The notes under the pieces: model-generated
What the model saw: only the letters and a program-made list of their open reading frames with translations
Told to the model about the DNA's origin: nothing
Databases searched by the model: none
Source of the DNA: Nitrospirota bacterium
GTDB lineage: Bacteria > Nitrospirota > Thermodesulfovibrionia > Thermodesulfovibrionales > Dissulfurispiraceae
Reading direction: 5' to 3'
Assembly: GCA_040758355.1 (NCBI GenBank)
Contig: JBFLWF010000004.1
Location: 61,174 to 125,173, forward strand
Length of the DNA stretch: 64,000 nucleotides
Position numbers and translations under genes: made by a program
Shown here: positions 18,851 through 28,750 of the stretch, piece by piece
How the letters are laid out: each line of letters begins with the position of its first letter
Position numbering within the stretch: the stretch's first letter is position 1

Positions 18851-20464
18851 ATGTCGCTCAAGAAAAAAATAGCCCTCGGTTTTTTAATAAGCGCGTTTAT
18901 CATTGCCATCCTCGCAGCATTCGAATACATCAATTTCATCGAGATAAAAAAAGAGATAAGGAACCTTGAGCTTACCGACACAATAAGAAGCAAATCCCTT
19001 CAATTGAGAAGGCACGAGAAGAATTTCTTCCTCTACGGGATGCCGAAAGCTGTTGAGGAGTCAGAGGCTATTCATAAATATCTGAATGAGCTAAATGCCA
19101 TCCTTGACAATAATCTCACAATTGATAAGACGGGCAAACTTTCCTATCTTAAGAAACGAATAAAGGAATATGGCGGAAGGTTCAATAAAATAGAGTCTTC
19201 AGTAAAAGACCTGACAGATGAGTTCGAAAAGATAAAGGACTCTTATGCCAGATACCATAAATTTTTCCCGCTCATAGAATCGACCTTTCTGGAGAGGCCG
19301 CATCAGGCAGCGGAATTTTTAGAGAAGGTTTTTTTATTGCCGCCTAATCACAGGCTTGTTATGGGACCGAGGGAGCTATATTCAGATATACAGATTCTCA
19401 GGAAGGACGGAGAAGACATAATCAATATATCCAAGGATCTGGATAAAGTTGCGAGGGAAAATACAGAAGGCGTTATTCACATGTCTCAGATTGCGATCCT
19501 CATATTTTTCCCGTTGTTTCTTGTTGTAGGGATCGGGATGCTCTTTGTTATAAGCAATAATGTCGTGAACAGATTAAGACTGCTCATAGACTTTGTAGAG
19601 AAAACAGGGAAAGGGGATTACTCCCACATACCTGTTTCGTCCCAGAAGGCGGGGTCTCCAAAAAATCTAAGGATTTTTTGGGGTGAAGGTGACGAGGTTG
19701 GCGTTCTCATTCGAGAATTTAATGACATGGAAAATCAACTGTCTCAGAGGGAAGAGGAGCTGGACAGAAAGAACAAAGAACTGCTCCAGTCCAAGAAGCT
19801 GGCAGCCATAGGAACCCTTGCATCGGGTGTTGCACATGAACTCAATAATCCGCTCAACAATATCTACATCTCTGCCCAGGTACTCGAAAGGGAGGCAAAG
19901 GATGAATGCTCTCCCATGATAAAGGAGACCTTAGACGATATTATCGGTCAGACTTTAAGGGTGAAGCGCATCGTCGGCGACCTCCTCGAATTTGCAAGAG
20001 GTAAAGAACCTCAATCGAGGGAATTTGAACTTAATGAGCTTTTGATGGGGGCATACAAACTCGTAAGCACGACTACAAATACCGAAGGTATTAATTTCGT
20101 GATGGATACCGATCCTGCTGGTGTAATAATAAATGCAGACAATGAACAGATGGAAAGGGTTTTTATTAACTTATTTACCAATGCCGTTGATGCCATGTCT
20201 GGAAAGGGCAGTCTGGACGTGAAGGTCATGAAAGAAGCGGATTCCGTGACAATAAAGGTGTCGGATACCGGAAGAGGCATGCCTGCCGATGCTGTGGAAA
20301 AGATATTTGAGCCGTTTTATACTACAAAGGATAAGGGCACGGGTCTTGGGCTTGCCATTGTCTTTAATATAATCAAAAAACACGGCGGCGATATATCGGT
20401 AGAAAGCGGAGAGGGAAGGGGAACAATTTTCACCATAACATTACCCGAGGAAAGACAGCCATGA
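18851..20464 (+). CDS. HAMP sensor histidine kinase
   Basis: 2 TM, GVAHELNNPL, DTGRG, FYTTK; paralogous to 14066-15550. Confidence 0.95.
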   Translation: MSLKKKIALGFLISAFIIAILAAFEYINFIEIKKEIRNLELTDTIRSKSLQLRRHEKNFFLYGMPKAVEESEAIHKYLNELNAILDNNLTIDKTGKLSYLKKRIKEYGGRFNKIESSVKDLTDEFEKIKDSYARYHKFFPLIESTFLERPHQAAEFLEKVFLLPPNHRLVMGPRELYSDIQILRKDGEDIINISKDLDKVARENTEGVIHMSQIAILIFFPLFLVVGIGMLFVISNNVVNRLRLLIDFVEKTGKGDYSHIPVSSQKAGSPKNLRIFWGEGDEVGVLIREFNDMENQLSQREEELDRKNKELLQSKKLAAIGTLASGVAHELNNPLNNIYISAQVLEREAKDECSPMIKETLDDIIGQTLRVKRIVGDLLEFARGKEPQSREFELNELLMGAYKLVSTTTNTEGINFVMDTDPAGVIINADNEQMERVFINLFTNAVDAMSGKGSLDVKVMKEADSVTIKVSDTGRGMPADAVEKIFEPFYTTKDKGTGLGLAIVFNIIKKHGGDISVESGEGRGTIFTITLPEERQP

Positions 20465-21810
20465 ACTTTAAGATTCTCATTGCAGAGGATGAAGATATAA
20501 CGCTGAAGCATCTTGTCCATACCCTTACAAAAGAAGGATATGAGGTGGCCGGCACAAAGAACGGCTGTGAGGCCATTGAAAAAATGGAGCATGAACATTT
20601 TGATGTGCTCATAACTGACATCAAGATGCCGGAGATGAACGGAATAGAGCTTTTGGAAAATGCAAAGAAAAAGGACTACGAAATAGAGGTCTTAATCGTT
20701 ACAGGTTTCGGCAGCATAGGCTCTGCAGTAGAAGCAATGAAGAAAGGGGCATACGAATACATCACAAAGCCCTTTGATCTGGATGAACTGATCCTCAAGA
20801 TAAAGAATCTATACGAAAGAAAGATGCTGAAAAAAGAGAATGTGGCGTTAAAGGCATTTTTCGGCATGAACAAAAAGGTTTCCATTATCGCAAAGAGCGA
20901 GAGCATGAAGCACATACTTGATGTTATCGAAAGCATCAAGGACTCCGACTGCAATGTCCTCCTAACAGGAGAAAGCGGCGTTGGAAAGAGCCTTCTGGCA
21001 AAGATAATCCATTTTACGAGCAGGAGGCAGAACATGCCATTCCTTTCCATAAACTGCGCCACCCTTACAGAAGAGCTTCTTGCCAGCGAACTGTTTGGAC
21101 ACGAAAGGGGTGCTTTTACAGGTGCGATAAGGACAAAACAGGGACTTGTGGAAATTGCCGATAAAGGCACGCTTTTCCTCGATGAGATTGCAGAGATGGC
21201 AACAAACCTTCAGGCAAAGCTCCTCAAGGTAATAGAAGAGGGAGAATTCTTCAGGGTCGGAGGAACAAGGCCCATAAAGGTGGATGTGAGATTCATAGCA
21301 GCAACAAATCAGAATGTGAGGAGCGCCATATCCGAAGGGAAGTTCAGGGAAGACCTTTACTACAGGCTGAATGTAATGGAGATATTCATTCCGCCCTTAA
21401 GGGACCGCGGGGATGACATCGAGCCGTTGAGCAGCTATTTTCTGCAGAAACATCTACCCAAATCCAGTAAAAAGATAAAAGGCATTTCGAAAGAGGCAAT
21501 GAGCATCCTCAGGCATTACAGTTTTCCTGGCAATGTAAGGGAACTTGAGAATATCATCGAGAGGGCCATAATCCTTGAGAGGAGCACCCTTATTACCCCT
21601 GAAAGCCTTCCCCGGAGCATCGCCATGTTCCAGATAGAAACCATCGAGCCGGGGAAGATTAAGACCATGGACGAAATTAACAGGGAGTATGCGGAAAAGG
21701 TTGTGGAAATGTTCGGAGGCAATAAGTCGAAGGCTGCGGAGGTGCTTGGCATATCGAGGACAAGCCTCTGGAGGGTATTAAAAGAGGAACAGTCCGTTGA
21801 TTCAAACTGA
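20461..21810 (+). CDS. sigma54-dependent response regulator
   Basis: Receiver domain, GESGVGKS, GAFTGA, HTH. Confidence 0.95.
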   Translation: MNFKILIAEDEDITLKHLVHTLTKEGYEVAGTKNGCEAIEKMEHEHFDVLITDIKMPEMNGIELLENAKKKDYEIEVLIVTGFGSIGSAVEAMKKGAYEYITKPFDLDELILKIKNLYERKMLKKENVALKAFFGMNKKVSIIAKSESMKHILDVIESIKDSDCNVLLTGESGVGKSLLAKIIHFTSRRQNMPFLSINCATLTEELLASELFGHERGAFTGAIRTKQGLVEIADKGTLFLDEIAEMATNLQAKLLKVIEEGEFFRVGGTRPIKVDVRFIAATNQNVRSAISEGKFREDLYYRLNVMEIFIPPLRDRGDDIEPLSSYFLQKHLPKSSKKIKGISKEAMSILRHYSFPGNVRELENIIERAIILERSTLITPESLPRSIAMFQIETIEPGKIKTMDEINREYAEKVVEMFGGNKSKAAEVLGISRTSLWRVLKEEQSVDSN

Positions 21811-22023
21811 TCCTCTCAGAGGACACACCAACGATACCTTAAGCCATTCGCAAATTTAAAGTATCTCACACTTTAGTTGTTCCAGATTAAAATAACAATG
21901 TCTATCAGTGTGCAATATTCCATGCCTACTTTTCTATAACAAGCGTTCACTTTTGTTCAAAATTGAAACATCAAAATATCCTCCTGTCTTAAGAATGTTT
22001 TTAAAAAACAAACACTTGCCAGC

Positions 22024-22039
22024 AGGCATGCCTCTTGCC
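22024..22039 (+). promoter_or_regulatory. sigma54 -24/-12 promoter
   Basis: AGGCATGCCTCTTGCC (GG-N10-GC); candidate enhancer GTTCAA-AAT-TGAAAC at 21955-21969. Confidence 0.65.
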
Positions 22040-22075
22040 CTTATTGTTCTTAGATTTCAAATGCAGGAGGTGGCG

Positions 22076-22576
22076 ATGAAGAGAAAACAGCTTTTGTTTG
22101 TCGCCTATCATGACGAGGGTTTTGACGAAGGGCTTTCTTATGCCCTCGACCTTGCAAGGACCATGAACGACACCATTACTGTATTGATGATTTACAAGAG
22201 AAAGGCGATGGAAAGATTTGAAGACATGATGGCAGCGGTTACCTTTGCAGAGGCCAATGAACATAAAACAGCGAGGGAACTGATAAAGGAGGATTATGAG
22301 AGAAACAATGAGGACTATGAAAGAAAGATTGCTGGATTAAAAGAGAGGTGCGCTCAGGCAGGTGTTACAGCAGATGTCAGCTTTGCAGTGATGGATGTAT
22401 TGTCCGCTGTAAGAAATTTCCTCAGGCACTGCACCGGTGTTGACATGGTTCTGTTGAGTCCGGGCATCACGAATGACGGCAGAGTTACGTCAAAGGAATT
22501 GAACAGGCTCGTAAAAATTGCATCAAGGCCTATTGTTACCATGGCCAAACAACCGAAACACGCATATGTTGCTTAA
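22076..22576 (+). CDS. Degenerate USP-like protein with AVTFAEA motif
   Basis: Start moved to ATG 22076 (GGAGG SD, downstream of the sigma54 promoter); MAAVTFAEANEHKTAR. Confidence 0.75.
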   Translation: MKRKQLLFVAYHDEGFDEGLSYALDLARTMNDTITVLMIYKRKAMERFEDMMAAVTFAEANEHKTARELIKEDYERNNEDYERKIAGLKERCAQAGVTADVSFAVMDVLSAVRNFLRHCTGVDMVLLSPGITNDGRVTSKELNRLVKIASRPIVTMAKQPKHAYVA

Positions 22577-22601
22577 GAAAATAAAAAAGGAGGAGTAGTA
22601 A

Positions 22602-23519
22602 ATGTATCTTTATTTGCCGGTGGCTTTGACGAGTATTAACATCTTAATCCCTGTATGTCTCGGCCTTGCTGTAGGCCTGCTTTCAGGACTCTTCGGGGTC
22701 GGAGGCGGTTTTTTGATGACGCCTCTTTTAATAATGTTCGGCATACCTTCAACGGTTGCTGCAGCAACAGACTCAAACCAGATAGTGGCAGCATCCACTT
22801 CAGGTACATATGCACACTGGAAAGTGGGCAATGTGGATTTTAAGATGGGTTTTCATCTGCTTATAGGAGGATTTATCGGAGGCCTCTTAGGAGTTCAGGC
22901 TATAAAAATCTTAAGGGCAATGGGAAATGCGGACTTTGTGATAAAGATGACATATGTATTGATGCTTGGCATTGTCGGCACATACATGTTTATCGAGAGT
23001 TTACAGAGCTTAAAGAAAAAGAAGGCAGAAGAAGAGGAGCCGAAAAGGGAGTCTGGTGTTACCAGATTTCTTAAGTCATTGCCGCTTCAGACGCACTACG
23101 AGAAATCGGGCGTTACCCATTCAGCAATTGTTCCCATTGTCTTTGGAGGCTTTGTTGGAGTCCTTGCAGCAGTTATGGGTGTGGGAGGAGGCTTCTTAAT
23201 GGTTCCTGTAATGGTTTATATCCTCAGAATGCCTATGCATGTTGTTGTGGGCACAAGTCTTTTTCAGATACTGTTTAACTGCATAGAGGTTACGTTCCTT
23301 CAGGCATACACCAATCACAATGTGGATTTTATCCTTGCAGTGCTGCTGCTTTTGGGATCAACAATAGGGGCTCAGGTCGGAGCCGTGTTCGGAAGGAAAC
23401 TAAAGGGCGAACAGTTGAAGATAATTCTTGCAGTGATAGTGCTTGTGGTAACAGTAAAGATAATCTTTGAGATCACATTAACCCCGTCATTATTGCTTGG
23501 ACAGGCAGGAGGACACTAA
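22602..23519 (+). CDS. TauE/SafE (TSUP) family transporter
   Basis: GLFGVGGGFLMTP and MGVGGGFLMVP repeats. Confidence 0.93.
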   Translation: MYLYLPVALTSINILIPVCLGLAVGLLSGLFGVGGGFLMTPLLIMFGIPSTVAAATDSNQIVAASTSGTYAHWKVGNVDFKMGFHLLIGGFIGGLLGVQAIKILRAMGNADFVIKMTYVLMLGIVGTYMFIESLQSLKKKKAEEEEPKRESGVTRFLKSLPLQTHYEKSGVTHSAIVPIVFGGFVGVLAAVMGVGGGFLMVPVMVYILRMPMHVVVGTSLFQILFNCIEVTFLQAYTNHNVDFILAVLLLLGSTIGAQVGAVFGRKLKGEQLKIILAVIVLVVTVKIIFEITLTPSLLLGQAGGH

Positions 23520-24301
23520 TGAATTTTAAATTTCAGATTTCAAATTTCAGATTTTTAATTTTAATTATTTTTTTGTTTTTTGCAGATAAGGCGTCTGCAG
23601 AGCTTACTGCAACTGCAAATCATGACTACATAAAGATAAACTTTTTTTATCATGGAAGCACAGTAAGCGTAAAAGGCATATCGGACCCCGGAGCCGACCT
23701 TGTTATAAAAATAACCTCTCCTGAAGGCCATCAGGCATTGCGCAAAAAGGGAAAGGTGGCAGGTCTCCTCTGGATGAATGTGGGAGAATTGAAATTAGAA
23801 CATGCGCCTAATCTCTATTTTCTGTACAGCACAAAGAACATTGATGATATTTTAAGTCCCGAAGAGAGGGATAAGCATATGCTCGGATACGCTTCCCTAA
23901 ACAGGCATATAGAAATTTCGCCAGTCCAGAGCGAGGAAGAGAAAAACAGATGGTTTAACGAATTTGTGAAATTCAAGGAAAGTTCTAAGCTTTACGGTCT
24001 GTCAACCGGGAAGATATTACTAACAGAAAAGGACGGCAAACAGAATTACTATATCCTGACAGAATGGCCGTACCAGGCGGCTCATGGTAATTATACGGTC
24101 ACCGTCTATGCCGTCAAAGATAAGAGGGTTGTGGAAAAGGCAGAGGCCAATGTGATGGTGGAACAGGTGGGTACGGTAAAGACCCTTGCCAATATGGCCA
24201 AGAACAACGGGGCATTGTACGGCATCATATCTATAGTTGCAGCACTGGGAGCAGGCTTCGGAGTGGGCATGATATTCAGAAAGGGCGGAGGAGCACACTA
24301 A
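23519..24301 (+). CDS. TIGR02186-like exported protein with C-terminal TM (usual TauE partner)
   Basis: Signal peptide, FFYHG, RKKGKVAGLLWMN, C-terminal TM helix. Confidence 0.8.
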   Translation: MNFKFQISNFRFLILIIFLFFADKASAELTATANHDYIKINFFYHGSTVSVKGISDPGADLVIKITSPEGHQALRKKGKVAGLLWMNVGELKLEHAPNLYFLYSTKNIDDILSPEERDKHMLGYASLNRHIEISPVQSEEEKNRWFNEFVKFKESSKLYGLSTGKILLTEKDGKQNYYILTEWPYQAAHGNYTVTVYAVKDKRVVEKAEANVMVEQVGTVKTLANMAKNNGALYGIISIVAALGAGFGVGMIFRKGGGAH

Positions 24302-25158
24302 TGTATAAAAACATATTAGTAGCTTTTGATGGCTCGGAAGTCAGCAGGGCAGCGCTCATAGAATCCTCAAACTGGATAAAGCGGCATGGCGGTAAAGTCA
24401 TCATGGTTCATGCGGTCTATTTTGACGAAGAGGAGTTTAGCCTTGCACCAGAACAGAGGGAAGAGCGTTTTGAACTTGGTAAAAAGGTGTGCTATCAGAC
24501 GAGGGAGACAATCTCATCCGAGTTCGGTATAGAAGTGGAATCCCTCGTATGCGAGGGTGAACCACCTGATGTGATAACTGATATTGCGGCGGGGAAAAAG
24601 GCGGATCTTATCGCTATGGGAACCTATGGCAGAAAGGGATTGAAAAGACTGGTCATGGGGAGTGTGACATCGAAGGTGATCATAAATGCACCCTGCGATG
24701 TCATGGTCGTAAAGAGGCCCTGCAGTGAATGCACAGGTGAGTATGAATCAATCCTTGTACCCTTTGATGGCTCTCAATTCAGCAAAAAGGCCCTTGAGCA
24801 TGCCTGCGAGCTGTCAAGAAAGGATAATGCAGAGATAACCGTTCTGTACGTAATTCCGCGTTATGAGGAAATGGTAGGGTTTTTCAGGACAGAATCCATA
24901 AAGCAAAATCTTTATCAGGAGGCCCAGAAAATCATGGATGAAGCGAAAAAGATTGCCGTTTCCAATGGTGTATCCATAAGTACGACAATTCAGGAAGGGC
25001 AGGCAGCAGAAAAGATTATAGAAACTGCCAATGCTTTAAAGAATGATTTGATGATCATGGGAAGTTACGGGTGGAGGGGGATCAATAAGGTGATTATCGG
25101 TAGTACAACCGAAAGGGTGATAATGAATGCCTCATGCCCAGTGCTGGTTGTGAAATAA
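24301..25158 (+). CDS. Universal stress protein, tandem USP domains
   Basis: Two ILVxFDGS...MGxYG...GS modules. Confidence 0.93.
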   Translation: MYKNILVAFDGSEVSRAALIESSNWIKRHGGKVIMVHAVYFDEEEFSLAPEQREERFELGKKVCYQTRETISSEFGIEVESLVCEGEPPDVITDIAAGKKADLIAMGTYGRKGLKRLVMGSVTSKVIINAPCDVMVVKRPCSECTGEYESILVPFDGSQFSKKALEHACELSRKDNAEITVLYVIPRYEEMVGFFRTESIKQNLYQEAQKIMDEAKKIAVSNGVSISTTIQEGQAAEKIIETANALKNDLMIMGSYGWRGINKVIIGSTTERVIMNASCPVLVVK

Positions 25159-25207
25159 ACAACGAAATGGAGTATTGGAGTAATGGAGTATTGAGAGGTG
25201 ATAGAAG

Positions 25208-25627
25208 ATGAAAGGATATAGAAAGATTTTAATAGCAGTGAATGGCTCAAAGGATGTTCTTAAAGAAGGATTGCAGCTTGCACATGATGAAAAATGCTGG
25301 GTTACTGTTGTGAAGGTTATCCCTCCCTATGATGGAGACCTGAATCTTGTGGGCATTAAGAATATCGAGAATGTGCTGGACGGCGATGGAGCGAAGGCCA
25401 TCTCCGAGATGAAGGATATTGCAAAAAAAGAGGGTGCATTGATAAAGACGAGGCTCGAAAAAGGCGAGATCGATAAAAAGATCGTAGAGGTCGCTGAAGA
25501 CGAGAGATGCGATCTAATCATAATGGGAGCAGACAAGAAGAGCTGGATTAAAAAGATTTTAGGCAATAATGTTGTGGAAAAGGTCATCAATCAGGCCCCC
25601 TGCCCTGTACTGGTGGTAGAGGCATAA
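25208..25627 (+). CDS. Universal stress protein, single domain
   Basis: ILIAVNGS...DLIIMG...APCPVLVV. Confidence 0.9.
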   Translation: MKGYRKILIAVNGSKDVLKEGLQLAHDEKCWVTVVKVIPPYDGDLNLVGIKNIENVLDGDGAKAISEMKDIAKKEGALIKTRLEKGEIDKKIVEVAEDERCDLIIMGADKKSWIKKILGNNVVEKVINQAPCPVLVVEA

Positions 25628-25738
25628 TTCAAAGAGCTTGCACTTGCCAATTGTTTTACTATCCCCAGATGCAGCAACAAAAATAAAAATTTCATAAGGT
25701 GTATAATAGGGTTCAGAACATTCAAAGGGGAGGTAAAT

Positions 25739-25915
25739 ATGTTCGGTCTTGGATTGCCTGAGATGATGGTTGTCCTTGTTATTGCCCTTGTGGTATTTGG
25801 CCCCAGCAAGCTTCCGTCCCTCGGAAAGAGTCTTGGAGAGGCAATAAGAGGGTTCAAGAAAGGGCTTGCGGAAGAGCCATCTGAAGAAAAAAAGAAGATA
25901 GAAGCGAATAATTAG
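25739..25915 (+). CDS. tatA: Twin-arginine translocase TatA/TatE subunit (58 aa, absent from the ORF track)
   Basis: GGAGG SD; MFGLGLPEMMVVLVIALVVFGPSKLPSLGKSLGEAIRGFKK. Confidence 0.93.
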   Translation: MFGLGLPEMMVVLVIALVVFGPSKLPSLGKSLGEAIRGFKKGLAEEPSEEKKKIEANN

Positions 25916-25926
25916 AAACACTCGGC

Positions 25927-26325
25927 ATGTCTGAGATGATCGAAGATAAAAAGTCTTCAAAGGTGCGCAATCGCCGTGTGCACATGGCGAATGAGAGGAC
26001 ATTTCTTGCATGGATAAGGACGAGCATAGGGATAATGGCCTTTGGTTTTGTTGTTGAGAAGTTCGCTTTATTCGTAAAACAGATATCATATCTTTTAGGT
26101 AAAGAAGTCATCCCTCCTCCACGCGGATATTCATCATTCTTCGGAATCTCTCTTGTGGCTCTCGGTGCTTTGATGGGTGTACTCGCATTTATCAGGTATA
26201 AGAAAGTTGAGAAGCAAATAGATAAAGATACATATCAGCCCTCGTTAATACTCGACGTACTGCTCACCATCTCTGTCCTTGCAATCGGGATATTTCTTGT
26301 AATATATCTGATTCATAGTGTTTAA
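25927..26325 (+). CDS. YidH/DUF202 family membrane protein
   Basis: HMANERTFLAWIRTS motif, 3 TM. Confidence 0.9.
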   Translation: MSEMIEDKKSSKVRNRRVHMANERTFLAWIRTSIGIMAFGFVVEKFALFVKQISYLLGKEVIPPPRGYSSFFGISLVALGALMGVLAFIRYKKVEKQIDKDTYQPSLILDVLLTISVLAIGIFLVIYLIHSV

Positions 26326-26392
26326 GACTCCTTTAAAATTTCAGGCAAAAGTTTTATAATACCAAGCCTTTTAAGAGGAGTATAATTTAAAC

Positions 26393-28207
26393 ATGCTCGA
26401 AAAAGAATCGCCCATAAAAGGAATCATAAAATCACTCGGTCTCGTCTTTGGAGACATCGGGACAAGCCCTATTTATACGCTCACTGTTATCTTCCTCCTT
26501 ACAAAGCCTACCCAACAAAATGTGATGGGTGTTCTTTCTCTTATCGTCTGGACACTAATTATACTCGTAACAGTCGAATACGCATGGCTTGCCATGAGCC
26601 TCGGAAAGAAAGGCGAGGGCGGCACTATCGTGCTAAAGGAATTGCTCGTACCTCTGCTTAAGTCAGGCCGGAAGGCGTCATTCGTTGCGCTTCTCTCTTT
26701 CATAGGAATATCTCTTCTTGTCGGTGATGGAGTTATTACACCAGCTATAAGCATACTCAGTGCAGTTGAGGGTTCGCTTCTCATTCCGGGATTTGAGAAG
26801 ACGCCTCAGACGGTGCTCATACTTATAGCTGCCATTATCGCAATCACGCTATTTTCCTTTCAAAGAAAAGGAACGGGTAAGGTGGCAGGGGCCTTCGGTC
26901 CTATAATGGTTATCTGGTTTCTGTCCCTTTCGGTATCCGGTATCATATCTATTCTGCAGGTGCCGTCTGTTGTAAAGGCGGTGAATCCTTACTATGCCTT
27001 TAAGTTTTTTGCTGACAACGGGGTTTCTGGTTATCTTGTCCTTTCGGAGGTTATTCTCTGTGCGACTGGAGGGGAGGCCATGTATGCTGACATGGGACAT
27101 CTGGGAAGAAAGCCTATACTTAAAGCATGGAGCTTTGTTTTTATCGCCCTGTTGACGAACTATTTTGGACAGGGGGCATATATACTGCAGCATCCAGAGG
27201 CAAAGAATATACTTTTCAGTATGGTGTTTCATCAGGCGCCGCTTCTTTATGTTCCTTTTCTTTTATTGAGCATTGTTGCGACTATCATTGCATCTCAGGC
27301 AATGATCAGCGGCATGTTTTCCATAGTATATCAGGGAATAAGTACCCGCATTATGCCCATGTTTAAAGTTGACTACACTTCTGAAGAAATGAGGGCACAG
27401 ATATACATAGGCTCTGTAAACTGGTTTCTCCTTTTAGCAGTGCTGTTTATCATGTTTGAGTTTGGGGAGTCCAGCAAGCTTGCGGCTGCTTATGGCTTTG
27501 CGGTGAACGGAGATATGATCCTTACCGCTTTTTTGATGACATTGATTTTTTTCCTTAGAGGAAAGAGGTTAAATGCCATAATTTCCATGTTTATAATTGT
27601 TGTAGTTCTTTTGTTCTTTGGGGCAAATATTTCAAAGATACCCCACGGCGGCTACTGGTCTATAATACTCGCCTCTATCCCTTTTTTAACAATAATGCTT
27701 TATACCAGAGGGCAGAGACGGCTTTATAAGATGATGAAGTTCATGCCTTTAGAGGAGTTTCTTAATAAGTTTACAAAGGCATATCCCACAATAGCAAAGA
27801 TAAAAGGCACTGCACTTTTTCTTATAAGGGATATTAAGGAGATACCCTTTTATATCACACAGACAATGTTCTATCACGGCATTATATACGAGGACAACAT
27901 ATTTGTATCCATAATCAAGCGAGACGATCCCTTTGGTGTTACCGGATACTTCAAAGAGGACATTACAAAGGGTCTCAGGCTGTTTGAGATTCAGTACGGA
28001 TACATGGAAGTAGTGGATGTTGAGGAGCTATTGAGGGAAGCAGGGATAGATGAAAAGACGATATTCTACGGCATAGAGGACATAACTACAAGAAGTGCTG
28101 TATGGAAGATGTTTTCCATAATAAAGAAAGTAACGCCTGCGTTCGTCCAGTTCTATAAACTCCCATCCCGAAAGCTGCACGGGGTTATTACGAGGGTCGA
28201 GATGTAG
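26393..28207 (+). CDS. kup: KUP/HAK/KT potassium transporter
   Basis: GLVFGDIGTSPIY, GEGG, GDGVITPAIS, TGGEAMYADMGH. Confidence 0.95.
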   Translation: MLEKESPIKGIIKSLGLVFGDIGTSPIYTLTVIFLLTKPTQQNVMGVLSLIVWTLIILVTVEYAWLAMSLGKKGEGGTIVLKELLVPLLKSGRKASFVALLSFIGISLLVGDGVITPAISILSAVEGSLLIPGFEKTPQTVLILIAAIIAITLFSFQRKGTGKVAGAFGPIMVIWFLSLSVSGIISILQVPSVVKAVNPYYAFKFFADNGVSGYLVLSEVILCATGGEAMYADMGHLGRKPILKAWSFVFIALLTNYFGQGAYILQHPEAKNILFSMVFHQAPLLYVPFLLLSIVATIIASQAMISGMFSIVYQGISTRIMPMFKVDYTSEEMRAQIYIGSVNWFLLLAVLFIMFEFGESSKLAAAYGFAVNGDMILTAFLMTLIFFLRGKRLNAIISMFIIVVVLLFFGANISKIPHGGYWSIILASIPFLTIMLYTRGQRRLYKMMKFMPLEEFLNKFTKAYPTIAKIKGTALFLIRDIKEIPFYITQTMFYHGIIYEDNIFVSIIKRDDPFGVTGYFKEDITKGLRLFEIQYGYMEVVDVEELLREAGIDEKTIFYGIEDITTRSAVWKMFSIIKKVTPAFVQFYKLPSRKLHGVITRVEM

Positions 28208-28376
28208 TTAGAAAATTGGAGAAATTAGTCAATAAGTAATTGAGTCATTGAGTCATTGGAAATTTTTAATAACTTAATAACTTATTTACTCAATTTCTAA
28301 TTTCTGCAACTGGGGTTTACTTTTTTTATTGTCTTATGCTACAAAATTAGCGATTGTTAAGAAATTGTAAACCGAT

Positions 28377-28679
28377 ATGACACTTGGCATACTTGTTACT
28401 ACCGACAAATACAGGGATGATGTTGTGGGCATCACAGAGGCAGCAGTTGGCAGGGGACATCGGGTTGTTCTCTTTTTCATGGATGAAGGCTGCCGGTTGA
28501 TAACAGACAGCAGAATTGTTTCCCTCAAAGACAGAGACGGCGTTTCCATGAGTCTCTGTGACTTTAACCGGAAGAAGATGGGGATTTCTGATGAAGAAGT
28601 TCCAGAGGGGATTATCTGCGGAAGCCAGTATGACAATGCGGTTATGAACAGGGAATCGGATAAAGTGATAGTTCTTTAG
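28377..28679 (+). CDS. DsrE/TusD-like sulfur relay protein
   Basis: GHRVVLFFMDEG, conserved-position Cys in SLCD, GSQ...SDKVIVL terminus. Confidence 0.8.
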   Translation: MTLGILVTTDKYRDDVVGITEAAVGRGHRVVLFFMDEGCRLITDSRIVSLKDRDGVSMSLCDFNRKKMGISDEEVPEGIICGSQYDNAVMNRESDKVIVL

Positions 28680-28750
28680 CTGATAGCTGATAGCTGATAG
28701 CTCATAGCTGAAAATAAATAACTATGAGCTATGAGCCATGAGCCATGAGC
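28677..28750. repeat. Inverted heptamer arrays (TAGCTGA)n / (YATGAGC)n
   Basis: Visible tandem 7-mers; arms partly complementary (GCTCATAG / CTATGAGC). Confidence 0.85.

Noticed and set aside
21908..22075. Long N-terminal extension of ORF 21908-22576
   Set aside because: It overlaps the sigma54 promoter and enhancer; ATG 22076 has a GGAGG SD.
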